A stretch of 50,531 nucleotides of DNA, filler included, from Streblomastix strix (taxonomy: Eukaryota), in the NCBI GenBank assembly GCA_008636045.1. It is 2 parts of 2 records of this genome, joined end to end, with 100 filler letters (N's around TTAATTAATTAA, not from the genome) between each part and the next. Parts side by side here need not be neighbours in the genome. Positions count along the whole stretch, not along the records: positions 1 to 25,218 come from SNRW01000205.1; 1 more part is not named here. One strand, 5' to 3'. The position numbers and the translations under genes are program-made. Positions within the stretch are counted from its first letter, which is position 1, and each line of letters opens with the position of its first letter. This document shows positions 1 through 13,662 of the stretch, piece by piece. The notes beneath the pieces were generated by a model that was not told the DNA's origin, searched no databases, and saw only the letters and a program-made list of their open reading frames with translations.

Positions 1-360
1 CTCGATTACTTGATTTGCATGATGATTAAGATACTAAAGTGGTTGTTCATATAATATATCGCATATACAACATTCTCTTATTTGGATCAAAAACAACTCC
101 AATATAAAAAATTCATCCTCATTTCAGTATGATAATTGAATTAAAATTTTATATTTCTAATCAAATCCGGCTAATCTTTTAATTAGTTTTAATAGAAATT
201 TCACTTGTTTAAAATTAAATCACAATAAAATATTTAAAAACAGATATTTTGTCACATACATCGATTATTTATTTACTGCTTTTTCTTACAATAACTAGTT
301 ACATGATTAATGATATGAATAAGCAGACTCATTTAATTTTATCTTGTTATTTCATCCTCT

Positions 361-1391
361 TCACCAGTGAATTGCATTTTCATTTGGAATATGTTTAGTT
401 GCTGGTTTAATGAGTTTCTTCAATGATCGAATTGTGCAACATTAATAAGGAAAACCAATAGTAATCTTTATTAAAATAATTTAAATATAATAAATAATTC
501 ATTTTAATTAAAGAAAACATACAAAAAAGCGCACTTTCTCATTGATTCCAGATACATACACTGGTTAATGTTCTTCGTCAACAAAGAATATCAGAGTTCC
601 TTTTTCAGAATCAAATTCTGCTTTGATTATCTGATTGTCATTGAAAGCAATATTTCCTGATGTTCCTTTTCTCAAATAATGAACTTCTCCATTCCCATTC
701 CCATAATAATTCATTCCATATGAAACCATATTATTGCAATCTAATATGAAAGAAAGAATAATTAATATAAAATAAATTATAAATTATAAATTTAAGGAGA
801 AAACGAGGTGAATAATAAGGATTTGTATCATCTGGAATGTTATATGTATCTCTCACAATGCCAATACCTAATTTTAATAAGAATTGTATATGTAAATAAT
901 TCATTTAATGGAAAATTAAATTAAATTCATACATGCCCAATTCTATGATTAATTAAATACAACTTATATCTGCCAAATACCATTTTCAAGGACTTGCGAA
1001 AGTGAAACTGTGATATTCTTATAATTAATCTTCTTACTTATCTTATTACTTATCTTCTTACTTATCTTCTTCCTTACATCATCGACATCTATGAAATCAA
1101 TTTCTTATAGATCAGGGTTGATTAATTAGATTGGAAAGCCTGAATGAAATAATCGATTAAATAATAATTAATACAATTATCAGATTTATTTATTAAATAT
1201 TTGATTATACTTAATGATTCAATGATCTTGTAAAATCGGTCATGATTCTGTAATTATAAAGTTTTCTTATTAATGCCAATAATATGAATCGCATCGGGAA
1301 TCAATCTCAATTCTGATAGAATCTCTAACAAGATGTCTGGTCCGAGTCCAGGTAATCCATTGATAACATTGTATTCACTCAGATCTGCCAT
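361..1391 (-). CDS. SPRY/B30.2-like domain protein, about 5 exons, TAR=Gln
   Basis: Spliced translation MADLSEYNVINGLPGLGPDILLEILSELRLIPDA...SLSQVLENGIWQIQVVF...CIGIVRDTYNIP...GNIAFNDNQIIKAEFDSEKGTLIFFVDEEHQPVYVSGINEKVRFF...TIRSLKKLIKPATKHIPNENAIHW-TGA. GT-AG introns. The IGIV and EFDxxKGTLxFFVD pattern is SPRY-like. Confidence 0.7.
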
Positions 1392-2248
1392 TGATGATAT
1401 TCTTATTATAAAATAATTAAAAGCAAAGAGGGGATAAAAATAATAAATAAGTATTTCAATAAATATTGTTTGAAGTTGTAATATAAAAGATTATTCTTTT
1501 TTATAAACTATAAATTTTAAGTATTTATATCATAAATGTAACAATTTTATATATTGAATTTATTTAATTGGATCACAATTTTTTATTTAGTATGAATCTT
1601 TTAATAATGTAAATTAAGTGTAAATATTGGTTATAAAACAGCATATTAATAATATTGATTCATATAAAATGTCATAGATAGAAAAATTCAAATAAAAAAT
1701 AAATATTTGATGGTATTCAGAGCTGAAAGCGTCAAATAAATAAAATTCTCGATTTTTTCGCAAAAGATGTAAATGATGAAATTTGATCAAAAATTTGATT
1801 CAAAATGAAAATATTTAATAAAATTTATGAAGAAGAACAAAAATATAAATTGAGTATAGAGATATACGATTGTGAAAAAAAAAATCAAACTATTTATTGA
1901 TTTGGTAATATGTTTTAAAAGTATTGTTAAATATTTTAAAAGAATTTCTTCATTTAAAAATTATAAATAAATATTTTTAAAAATTGATTTAAATAAAAAA
2001 TAAAATAATTTGAAGTTTTATTATCCAATTTAACTCGCTGTTGCTGTTTCAGTATGAAGTTATTATGAAAAAACATTGATTAATTAATAATTTTAAATAT
2101 AGTTGTTTTATAATAATAATATTTACTCACGTATTAATTGAGTATTTCAATATACAACATAAAATTCGTATTTTATTTTTAAATTCAAAACATTTTTGAT
2201 ATTTATTTATTTCTTTTATATTTTATTTATTTATTTTATGTCTTGCAG

Positions 2249-5200
2249 TGTTTTATCTTCCATCTGAGGTGCCATTCAGCTAGAGCCAGTCATATTCAAT
2301 TCACCCTGCTGGCGATGACGATGACTCTAAACCCGAGCCGGAAGACAATAGACCACGTCAACGTGTAATAATAGACACAGCAATTCTTGACACTACTCCA
2401 GTTTACGATAAATTAATTTTCATTTAATTTTATTTTATTTTTCATTTTATTCTTTTTTGAATATCTTTAAAGGCCGAAGTGATCGACATCGCGCACAAGC
2501 GCGCGCTCGCGCTCGTCGACTCCCTCCTCGCCGCCGAGAAAGGAAAAGTGCTCCGCGAGATCGAAGAATGGCTCGAGAAGTACGCCAGTTCTTTCAGCCT
2601 CGACGAACCCCAGTCACTTCTGTACGAGGAAAGAAGGAACCTCGTTGCTGCGAGTATTGAAGAAGGGCAGCAACAGGTGGAGAATGTGCTTGCGAGGCTG
2701 AAGGAGATGCGGTAGAAGACGTGGGCCGAGTGGGAGAGAGCAGAGAGCGCGATTAAAGGTTTTTATTTGTGAATTGTTTTTTGAATTGTTTGTTTTGGGT
2801 TATTTGTTAGTTCAGTTGTTTATTATTTTATTTATTTAATTTATTTGTTTGTTATTTTATTTATTTGTTTGTTTGTCTTTGTTTATATTAGATATATAAG
2901 ATTCTATTTAAAAAGCTTAGAATAGAACAGATGTGCTTACAGATGAGGAATAAGCTACAATACGGTATATATTTAATTAGAATAATTTTTAATTACAGAT
3001 TTTTTTAATAATTTTATCAATAAAATACAAGTTTTAACCAATTATTAATAATTTAATCGATTATTCGCTAAATAGAGAACTTTCAGCAATGCATGCACGA
3101 GCTACTCTTCTGAAATCTGCACTTACTGATGCCCGAGTTCACTTGCGAAACTGTGAATTGGAATAAAGAAAGGTAATTTTATATAGAAAATAAAATAAAA
3201 TAAAATTATTTCTATTAATTTTTAAAATATAAGGATAATTATTTATAATAAAAATACTCCATATTCTATTTTTATAAATAATGTAATTATATACATATAC
3301 ATATATATATATTATAATATTACTATTAATAATATAATCCTATTATTACACGCATACCCAATTACACTCCAGGTCCGCGACAAACTCGCCAATTAGAGGT
3401 ACTATGAGAGGTTTGGAGTTATGCCTCCAACATATGAAGAGAGCTAAAAAATGAAGGACAAGACAATGGAAGAGAAAGAAGATGATGAATTTGCGATGCA
3501 GATGATCAAGCAGTCGTAAGGAGAAGGGCCGGGTGTGTGATTTGGATATATGGGTGTATATGTATATAATAATGGATATATATTATATATATAATAATGG
3601 ATATATATATATATAATGATAGATACAAGTATAGGATGGTTATGTGATTATTGGTTTTTGTGCTGTGTAATTATAATTAATTATTTAATAAATATTTATA
3701 AACATTTATATAAATATCACTACCAATATATCCACTTATCTATATATATCATATATCTATATCTATATCTATCCATCTATCTATATATCTATATCCATCT
3801 ATCTCTATATCATATATCCACCAGCACATCTCGACTGGGCTTCTGAATGGGAGAAGGAAAGGGAAGAAATGAGTAAGAAGATGATGTTGGACGATGACAA
3901 GAATGCAAAAGAGCAGGAAATAAAGAAACAGATTGTCAAGAGGAAGAAGATGATGAGCAAGTGTGTAATATAATGTGATGTGATTTATGTGATGTGATAT
4001 ATGTAATTTGATGGATGGATTGATTGATTGAGTGTTATGGAGGAAATTTATTTTTTATATATATTAATTAGTTAGTTAGATTTATTTATTTATTAATATA
4101 ATATTATTTAATTATTGATTAAGGGGGATTTATTAAAATATATTTATTAATATATATTTATTTTTTAGTTTTTTTATTTTACATTTATTATATATTGTTG
4201 ATTACATGATTAATGATTATACATTTATTTCTTAATTTTTTTATTTTCAAATAAAATATTATATTCAATATTCATTCATTCATTTATTATTCATTTATTC
4301 AGAATGGAAGAAGAAGAATGGAAAAGAGATGACATTATTTATGATTTGCAGAGAAAAATACAGTTTTTGAGGTAAAGATCTGAAGAGGTAAATATATTAT
4401 GTAATATTACTATATATGTTTATTTTTTTTATTTAATAAATAATAATTAAAATATAACAAATTTTTATTTATATAATTCAATTAGTAATAATTCTTATTT
4501 ATTTATTTTTAAATCATATTTATTTATTTATTATTAATTTTTTATTTAATATTAATTTTTTATTTCATACTAATTCATATTTATTTTATTTCATATTAAT
4601 AGGAACAAGCCAATGGTGAAGGAATTTCAGATCAAATTGCAGAACCCAATGAATACGATGATGAAGGCTTTGCTCCTGGTATCATAATTATTAATATATA
4701 TTAATATAATTTATTAGAAATTACACTAATTGTAATTTATATTAATTATATTTCTAAGAAACTACATTAATATATATTTTTTTGTTGTTCATATTTTCAT
4801 GATCTTTTTTAAACGATAATTTTATTTATTGTAATTATTAGGAGATGGGAAAATTAAATTTAAATCGAAGTAAGATCTAGATAAATAGAAAAAAGATGTT
4901 TGTTATTATAAAATTTTTATTTATCGATTATTATATTTTTTGGTTTATTTTTTTTTTCATTATTTCACAGTAAAAAATTGTATAAACACTTGGTATGAAT
5001 GCGAATAAATAAATGCTTGTATACGATTAAATTTTCTAACAAATTATTTAAATTAAATTCTTATAAATTTATATTATTTATTAATTAATTTCATTACATT
5101 TATCATATTATTCATTTTATCCAATTCATATTTATATTTTACTCATATCATATTATTATTATCTCAGATGGCGATATTGAATTAGTTGACAGAGAAACAC

Positions 5201-6934
5201 AAACTGACTCTGGTTGGTTGGGTCAGACAACTGCATCAACTGGGCAAACAATAAGAAAAAGTGTGCATTTAAATATTTAGTATTTAGTATTGAATATTGG
5301 TTTATATATAATATATGTTAATAATTATTATGAATAAGTATATAATGATAATTGTTATATATGAATCATTATTTAATATATAATAAGAAAAAATTATATT
5401 AATTATTAATCAAACTATTAATATAAATCTTCATAAATACAAATACATATCCCAAATCAAAACCAATTCATTCAACACATACTAATTAATTCCAACTATA
5501 ATATATTTATCCTTAAGTTCCAATCCGTGATGCGCCAAAAGATAAGCATTAGAACATTGGTGCAGGATTAGCTTCATAGACCAGTGGATATACTCCTTCT
5601 TCTAGAGATGATTCTACAAGAGAAGTGAAGATGTATGAATTAATATATATGTGTATATTATATGGATAAAATATATGTGTATTATATATGGATAAAATAT
5701 ATGTGTGTTAAATAAAGATAATTATGTATTATATATGGGTATTATGTATTAAATGTGGATATTAAGTATTATTTGAATATTAAGTATTATTTATGGATTA
5801 TAATAATTATTTTTTTCCTAATTATTTATTTTATTATTCTGCTAGATCTGGTGAAGGTATAATTAATTAATTTCATTGAAATACTTTTAAATTTATAATT
5901 TAATATATAATTATTTTTAATTTAATATATTATAATTATAATTTTTATTATAAATTATTATTTAACATTAATTTTATTTTTAATTATTATTTTATAATAA
6001 ATTATATTTCATATTAATTTAGCTCCATTAGGATGGAATGCTGATTGGGATGATAAAGCAGATCTCAGGAAGGAAGAAGAAGAAGAAGTGTGTTGAATGA
6101 AATAAATAAATAAATATTAATGAAATAAATAAATAATAATTGAAGAAAATAAATAAATAAATAATTGAAATAAATAAATAATAAAGTGAATAAATGCAAA
6201 ATTTAATTATTTAACTTATAAATATTTTATATTATATTATATATTTAAACAAGATCCGTGCCATCCACAAACTCCGCCAGACCTCGGAGATGAAGAGGAT
6301 GAGCGATGAGGAGAGAAAACTGATTATTGAGACATTCACGAAAGAAGCGAAAGAATTTGAGAAGAATGAAGCTGAAGGAAATGGGAAGAATAAATAGTTG
6401 GTGTGAGTGATTTGGTATTTGCGATTTGGAATTGGGAATGGGGAAAAAAATATTTTTTGAGTGTTTTGTTTTGATGGAATTTTTGTTAATTTATGATTAT
6501 TTATGATTATTTTATATAATATTTGATTTAGAATCTAATTTTATTAATAATTAATTTATTCTATTTGATAATTAATCTCCATTTATCAGCCTGAACATCT
6601 GCGCGAATTGGGTCCACGTGGACAAATACGCGGCCTTGATGATGATAATATTGATATTTGCAAAGCCATCATTTGCATTATGGAGGAAAGAGATAAACTT
6701 AGAAGGTGAGAAATGTAATTTAATTTAATTTAATATTTAGTCAATAGATAAATGATTAGAAAGTACTAAATATCAATTATTTGATTTTCACATTATTCTT
6801 TATTTATTGATACCAGAAAAATTAAGCGAAGAGAGAATGCAAGACTGGCAAAGCAAGCAGTAACACAGAAAGATGCAGAAGCAGCTAAAGCCGCGACAAA
6901 GGCTAAAGTTAAAGCAGCGAAAGCTAAAAAGTGA
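2249..6934 (+). CDS. Long multi-exon charged/coiled-coil protein of unknown function; 5' end unresolved
   Basis: Chain of about 17 GT-AG-bounded exons with mostly compatible phases, e.g. AEVIDIAHKRALALVDSLLAAEKGK, VRDKLANQRYYERFG, HLDWASEWEKERE, IRAIHKLRQTSEMKRM, ending KAATKAKVKAAKAKK-TGA at 6932-6934. One phase ambiguity near 4840-5020. Confidence 0.7.
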
Positions 6935-7404
6935 TTTAAATTGTTAAATATTACGTCATAGTAATATATATTCACTTCAGTATTTCACCATTTCTTTAAT
7001 CAGTCATTATAATTACATAAAAAAATTTTAAAACGTAATTTGAAATTGTCTTTTATCGCATATTTCAGGTTTAATTTCCACTCAAAAATTTATTAAATAT
7101 TTTTTTATTAATTTTTAATCGTATTCAAAATTCAAATTTTACATTTAAAATAAACATAGCCTGAAAATTTTGATGAACAGTAAAATCCATTTATTTTGTT
7201 AGTTCAAGCGCAAAATATATTATTCATAATTCATTTTTATATGTAATAAATTTTAAACTTTAAATATTATACCAATTAAGGTCATTCTAATCTATCTGAC
7301 CACTCCGAATCATCCGAAAATCTATAATAATAAATTGCGATTTATTCATTTTATTATTATTAAGTTTACTTATATTTTTCTTTATTCCTATTTAATGATT
7401 AGAA

Positions 7405-7902
7405 ATGTTCAATGTTTGAAATTATTCTCTTGTTTTTCATTTTGAATTTCACTTCATATACCAGTTTTTCAAAAACGTTGATGATTCTGCTCAAACTCTA
7501 ATTATATACTTCGGTTGGGCATTTGCAATCCTTCTACTTCTTCTTGCAGCTCATACTATCACATCACTGCTATTTTTCTGGACTCCAAAGAACTGGGCGT
7601 TGCGTCTCATTTTCACTTTGAGCTTTGGAGCAGCCATTTCACTAGCTATTTACTATTTTGAACCAAAAGTCAACAAATTTGGAGCTTCGAAGGAAAATAA
7701 ACTCGCGTACGCAATAGCTCTGGGTATTTTACTAGCTTTCGTCAACTACGAATTTCTCCGTGTCACGTACTGGATAATCCGCATTATTATTCCGCCATTA
7801 GGATAAATGGACGATTCTTTGAAATTTGGCGCTATTTTCCTCAGTGTTTTGATTGTAGCTGCTCAGTACTATGTCGCAAACAACAGAAAATCATTGTTTT
7901 GA
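7405..7902 (+). CDS. Small multi-pass membrane protein (about 4-5 TM), one intron
   Basis: ATG TTC AAT, intron 7414-7464 (gtttga...taccag), then FFKNVDDSAQTLIIYFGWAFAILLLLLAAH...LIFTLSFGAAISLAIYYF...AYAIALGILLAFVNY...FGAIFLSVLIVAAQYYVANNRKSLF-TGA. Confidence 0.7.
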
Positions 7903-8331
7903 TTTTCAATATGTCATTATTTTGCTCAAAAATAAATTCAAACTAATTAACATTCGCAATTTTAATTTTTTAAAATTTTCTATTGAATTATTTTTTTTTA
8001 AAAAAAAATAATAAATTGATATGAACTTAGATAATCAGCTACTTGAAAATTTTGACCACAAATTCTGATGTATGAATAAATGATTCAGCTAAATAGAGTT
8101 TTAGAGGACTTGCTCAGAATGAAAGTGTGAAACATATGAATGAATAATAAAAATGATCACAAAAACAGTTATTTTATTTATTTATTTATTAAATTTTGAT
8201 ATTTTATTGGAATCAAGCATTCATATGCCTTGTATATAATTAAAACAAGCAAAAACAGCAAAAGACAGCACGTTAACAATAAATATGCTAAAATCCTATT
8301 CAGTTTCATCAACTGCAATTTGTTTATAGTT

Positions 8332-9543
8332 TCACATTCCTTCCGTAAGCGCAGCGAGTTGAGCTTCAAATTAAGCATCAGACTCAAGTTGCGGTTGAGA
8401 GATGTAAACTTCAGAATAAAAAAATCAACAATTATTCTCTATAAGCAACATAACAAATAAAACACACTCTCCCTTGTTGGTACCTTTGGAATAGCGAATT
8501 GCTTCTGAGTTTGTTGGGCCTTTGGGTTTCTTTCTTCTTCCTCTGCTTATGCAGTCAAAAACGCCAATTCAGCTTATATGTCATCGTCATCAATGCCGAT
8601 GTTAGTAGCGCCTTGTATAACGCGGTTTATCTCCTCTAAGTTACTCTGCATGTCTTGTACGGCATCGACTTTAGCTTGTATCTTTTCGGGCGTCCTGTTA
8701 TGGGTTGGATAATATAAATAAAATTAGTTGTTGATTTATATATAAAAATTATTTGTTGATTTATATATAAAAATTAATTGTTGATTTATATATAAAAATT
8801 AATTATTTGGGGAAAAATCATACAAGTCGCCAATTATTGCTTTGAATTAGGCAGCACCTTCATCCAACGCTTGCGCATAAATTTTTGTGGTATTCGCCAT
8901 CTAAATGTTATTTTCTAAGATGTCCAGCTGCTCAATCATCCCTGAAAGAGTATCAAACTATTTCTTGTTCAAATGCGCTCTTCTAATCTCTGTTGCTGCA
9001 TCTAAAGAATAAATATAATATATAAAGTAACAGATATATAATAAATACATCAAACTATCTGCCTCGTTATTCCTGTTATATGCAACAGCTCTTTGTCTAC
9101 GTGCAATAATGCAATTTTTTACATGGTTTTTCTACAGTTCCAAAACTTATTTCTGTGTTTAGAAACTTTGAAGAGCAGATGTCTTTTGCGCTTCGACTGG
9201 GTTTTATGCCCTTCCCCACTATTTTGGTTAAGACTCTACACCTTAAATGGCAAGAAAAAGAGAAAATGTTAAAAAAAATTATCATAAAATATTTTATTTG
9301 TTAATGTAAACTTTATTATGTTTAATATGAAGAAAGCATAAATTAATTCATTAATAATGAAAATTAGTTGTTACTAACTAATGTAGTGATAAATTAAGAT
9401 ATTTTTTGTTTTAAAGTTGGTTATTTCAACAAACTGGTAGTAACATGTTGAAATTTGAATAAATATAGAATGCATTAACATATTTCTATAAAATAAGAAT
9501 ATTTTTAAAGTTTGATATAAGATGAAATATGTAATAAACTCAT
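8332..9543 (-). CDS. SNF7: Snf7-family ESCRT-III subunit (Vps32/CHMP4-like; subfamily uncertain)
   Basis: SALQSFQTQKQVLELQK...AATEIRRAHLNKKQFDTLSGMIEQLDILENNIQMANTTKIYAQALDEGAAQFKAI...TPEKIQAKVDAVQDMQSNLEEINRVI...IDDDDIQAELAFL...IPKVPTRE...FEAQLAALTEGM-TGA follows the Snf7 helical layout. The start is assumed to be a 4-nt first exon (ATGA|gt at 9543-9540). Confidence 0.8.
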
Positions 9544-9746
9544 TTGATTTGAATCAAGGCTGATAAGAAAATTCTGTTGGTGAACAAATTGGAGAAAGAG
9601 CAAAATTTTGAATGATTTCTAATTTTTACTTAAAATTTATTACCCACGTAAAACCAACATATTAAAGAATAAATCATATCATAATCAGTTATCTAAAGAT
9701 TTCTGCTTTTACAAACTCACTTTTCTTGTTTTTATCTTATTGTAAG

Positions 9747-12531
9747 TCAACCAGCATTTTCTATTTCATCTTTCAAATGCAATATAATCCCTCTGATATG
9801 ATGTTTGAGTCCTTCATTTCGTCTTTTCTCTTAATCGTTACTCGCTTTCTTTGATGTTTGGGTCAGCAACTTCTTCTTAAATTGTTCTTGCATTTCTTTA
9901 AGCTTCTGTTTGTATATATCATTGTTCAATATGTTAGATTCGAAATCTTCTCCAATTTTCTGTTTGTAATAATTATGATAAATAATTCATATTATAATTG
10001 ATTATATATATAATAATAAATACATTATATTCACAATTTATTATTATTATTATTAATATATTTCAATCATACATTGGCCAATGCATCTGCTTATGCCCTT
10101 CTTGCATCGAGTAGTTACACATTCTCATATTTATTTGCATTATTTTTGTCCCTGCTGATTAAATACTTGACTTTATCTACAGCGTCAATCTCACGATACA
10201 GAACATTACTCGGGTAAAGTTTATCAATTGGAATAACTTTCTCTATTTCAGCAAAGTCCTGACCTTCAAATTCAAACTCTGATTGACACACTAATGGATC
10301 AAATTCATTTGGATCTGATTAAGATTGGATTTAATCAGGTTGAGGAGGTTTCGGCATCGATTTTGGCTGAATTCCAGAAGTTTTCAGTTGCTCATTTTGT
10401 GTAGAATTCAATCCTTGTGTTGTATTTAATTCTTTCTGAGTCAATTTGTCCTTTTCTTATGAACTATTCAATGATGATACAGAAACTGAATCAACTGTTT
10501 TATTTTGATCAGATGAAGCGCCTTAAGGTGACAAAGACCTGTTTCTAGTCAATCTTGTCAATGGAGGAGGAGGATTAAGAGTTGTTATTTATTGAGATGG
10601 ATTTTATTATTGATTTTATTATCCAGAATTTGATGATTTGCTGATTTTTGGTGGAACTGCAAATGTTTGTTACTGAGATTATAATATGTTTTATTATTGT
10701 TGCAATTGTTTTGGTTGAGTTAAATTTGGAATTAGTTGAATTATTGATTGTTATGATGGATGTGCAATACTCACTTTCTACAATTGGTTGAGTTTAAATA
10801 TTTGATCTTTCATCCTGTTCAAAATATCAATTAATTCTTCATTCACATCCTGAACTATAATGAAGTTCAAATTGTTATCTTGAATCTTAAATCCACTCAA
10901 TGGATGTGCAATCTGAAGTTCTACTTTCACTGATAATGGCTCTAATGGCAGAAACGATGATTCAACGATTTTATCTGAAACTTTGTCAGTTGAATCTTAT
11001 AATAGTACTTCCAATATACATGAATCACTTCCTATAAGTTAGTTCAGATCAAATGTTCCCGTGGCTCTATTAAATCATATAAAATATAAATAATGTTATT
11101 ATATGTGAATTATACAATAATTAATAATAAAAGTTTGAGTATTATTAATATTATTATTAATATAAATATAAATATTATATTATATTATATAAATGCATAC
11201 ATCACTTCATAACTATCTTTTGTTTTCTTCTAAAGTAAATCAACAGAGAATTGATTAATTTATTGTGCATCATTTGATTGTGATTATCCAGCATTTAAAT
11301 TCTTAATCTTATTGACTGGATATAATTACTCCCAATTGATATTAACACTTGCATTGGTTCCATTCATTTTGCTCAGATCAAATTCAATACTATATTTTCC
11401 TTCACTTTTATCATCAGCTAACAGATTCAATTTTGGAATATCTTTTCTCAAAACTGTCTTTCCAATAACTTATTTATCATCAATTGAATCCCTTAAGCGA
11501 AATATCACTGTTTATTTATCATATTTCTGTAATTGCGCTTCTTTTATTTTGAAAAGAAATTGATTGGAATTTTGGATGTTGGAATTTATTATTGGATATA
11601 AGAGTTGATGTGTTTCAGATGTAAACTATAACTTTTAGCTAAATTTTTTCTTATTGTTTGCATTTTATATAGCTTTATCTTCCAATGATCTGATCTGCTG
11701 TAATAATTGAAGCATCGTATTAAGACTTTCATCAATTGGAATTAGTGAATTCAAACTTCCTATATAAGATTACATCAGTGCGATTTGTTTATCCAATTTA
11801 AGTATCAATTCATTAATAGTTTCAAACATGAGTACTTGATTAGTTTCATTCATGTCCATAAAATCATGATTTCTTTCTCTACTTAGAAGGAAATTCTCAT
11901 TCTAATTCTTATTATTATATGATTCTTCATCGATTGAAGGCAAATTTGATTTAATATTTGGTGTTTGGATAATTGAATTCACTTTTCTTCTACCATTAGT
12001 AGGATTTTATGGTTTAGAAGCATTTACTTTTGATTATAGATCTGCATCAAAGCTCATTCCTTATTCAAATGCCTTTAATTATTCCATAGCTTATGTGTTT
12101 GAAAGAGAAGACTATGAAAAAAAAATAATATAAATAAAATGATAAAAATATAATGCTGAATTTAAATAATGGAAACCTTCGAAGCATCAACATTATTTGG
12201 ATCAGAAAGAGCAAACTATTATGTAGATTTACCAAATAAATTCTTAGGTATTTCAGGAAAATTATTCATTTCTCTAAAAAAAATTAAAATTTAAAATAAA
12301 AATAAAATAAATAAATAAAATTGTTTAAAATATTAAGTGAATTATACAAAAAATAATAATTTTATATGAATAAACTAGAAAATAATCATTATTGCAAATA
12401 GAAAGTACGAAAATATTAAGAAAATAGAAAGTACGAAAATATTAAGAAAATAGAAAATATGTTTTAATAAATTATTGAATTTGATAAAAATTAAAATAAT
12501 AAAAGAAATAAATAAATTACGTTTAAATCAT
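9747..12531 (-). CDS. Coiled-coil + C2-like domain protein, possibly CC2D1/Lgd-like
   Basis: Open spliced frame: helical N-terminus, beta-rich C2-like segment ending IATGTFDLNQL...LSVKVELQIAHPLSG, long P/S/Q linker, C-terminal helices (SNVLYREID...FESNILNNDIYKQKL...HLKDEIENAG-TGA). Start at 12531 (micro-exon) or 12269. The gene itself is well supported; the family call is weak. Confidence 0.55.
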
Positions 12532-12609
12532 TAACGATTGACAGTGAACATCTAATTTAAGAAGTAAAACCAAATCATAATTTTTTAAAAAAAAATTCAG
12601 TTAATATTT

Positions 12610-13616
12610 TAGTGTTGGCTTAAAATGCCGTAAATTAATTTGCTACGCGCGTCTCAGCGCATTAAAAAAATCTTAAAACGCTTTAAATTCATGAAATTAA
12701 TTTTTTTTTATTTCATTTTTGTGTTGATTGGTATTAATTATCCTGAATTATAATGTTTATATAAAGAAATATATTTTTCTGAAGAATTAAATTGAATATA
12801 GATTAAAATCAAAGCTAATCTTATAAAGAATTCATTAAAAGTTATTTTTTGCAATTTTCATTTGATTCTCAGCGACTGTCAATAATTAATATAAATAATT
12901 TCATTAATTCTTCTATAAAAGTGACATCTAATTAAATTAAATATAAACTAATATTTTATACATTTTATCCAATAAAAGATAGCACAAGCGCTCATTTTTT
13001 AAAAAATTTCAATTTGTATCAATTTTTTTTCATTATCCAAAGGATTACAATATATCAAACATCTATAATTATCTTTAAAATACACAAAATTTTTAAATAT
13101 TTACATATATGAAAATAAATACTTACACTATATCTGGAAAATCTAAAAAGCGCTTAAAAATGCTGTAAAAAGCGCTTAAAAATGCTGAAAAAAGCGCTTA
13201 AAAATGCTGAAAAAAGCGCTGTAAAGCGCGGTGCTTTAAATTCTCGATGAAAATTAAATATTTTTTAAATTTGATAACGATTTATCAATTAATGAGACAA
13301 TATCTATTATTTATATCAATAATGGCACTAAATACATTTGTAGGAGCGGAGTAAATTGAGTGCGAAAAATCAACTTTTTTTTAAAACATGAACAATTCAG
13401 ACTAATAATGAATAATAACGACGCTGTTTCAGAATAAAATATATAATTTGTCTATTTGATAAGTATTATTAACTCAAATAATAAAATAATAGTTTATTGA
13501 CAGAAAAAAATTTCACCTTTTTTTCCCTTTTTTTAAATGTATTATTTTAATTAGAGCGCTTTTAATTTTGCGCAGCGCGCGTTTAGCGCTCTTAAGTGCG
13601 CTTTTGCCCAACACTA
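12610..13616. mobile_element. Non-autonomous hAT-type TIR element (about 1.0 kb) with perfect 8-bp TSD
   Basis: Left end TAGTGTTGGC (12610), right end GCCCAACACTA (13606-13616). TAATATTT is duplicated on both flanks (12602-12609, 13617-13624). GCGC-rich subterminal motifs; no ORF. Confidence 0.8.
13145..13220. repeat. 22-bp tandem repeat (AAAAAGCGCTTAAAAATGCTGW) x about 3.5 inside the hAT element
   Basis: Directly visible. Confidence 0.9.
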
Positions 13617-13662
13617 TAATATTTATATTAATAAAAATTAAAAAATAAATGGATAATTAAAT

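Noticed and set aside
1..130. Possible minus-strand exon at the window edge
   Set aside because: Too short, with no recognisable motif or clear splice context.
1592..1904. Frame with four TGAs reading like Trp (QS*KR, EI*SKI*FK, IY*F) ending at a phase-compatible donor; possible first exon of the 2249 gene
   Set aside because: No homology anchor, and such frames arise by chance in AT-rich DNA. Not used as evidence for UGA=Trp.
8720..8805. 25-bp intronic tandem repeat (similar ones at 5640-5790, 6100-6190, 12397-12455)
   Set aside because: Ordinary slippage minisatellites in AT-rich non-coding DNA.
13145..13220. CRISPR-like array
   Set aside because: Head-to-tail repeats without spacers, in a eukaryotic TE context.
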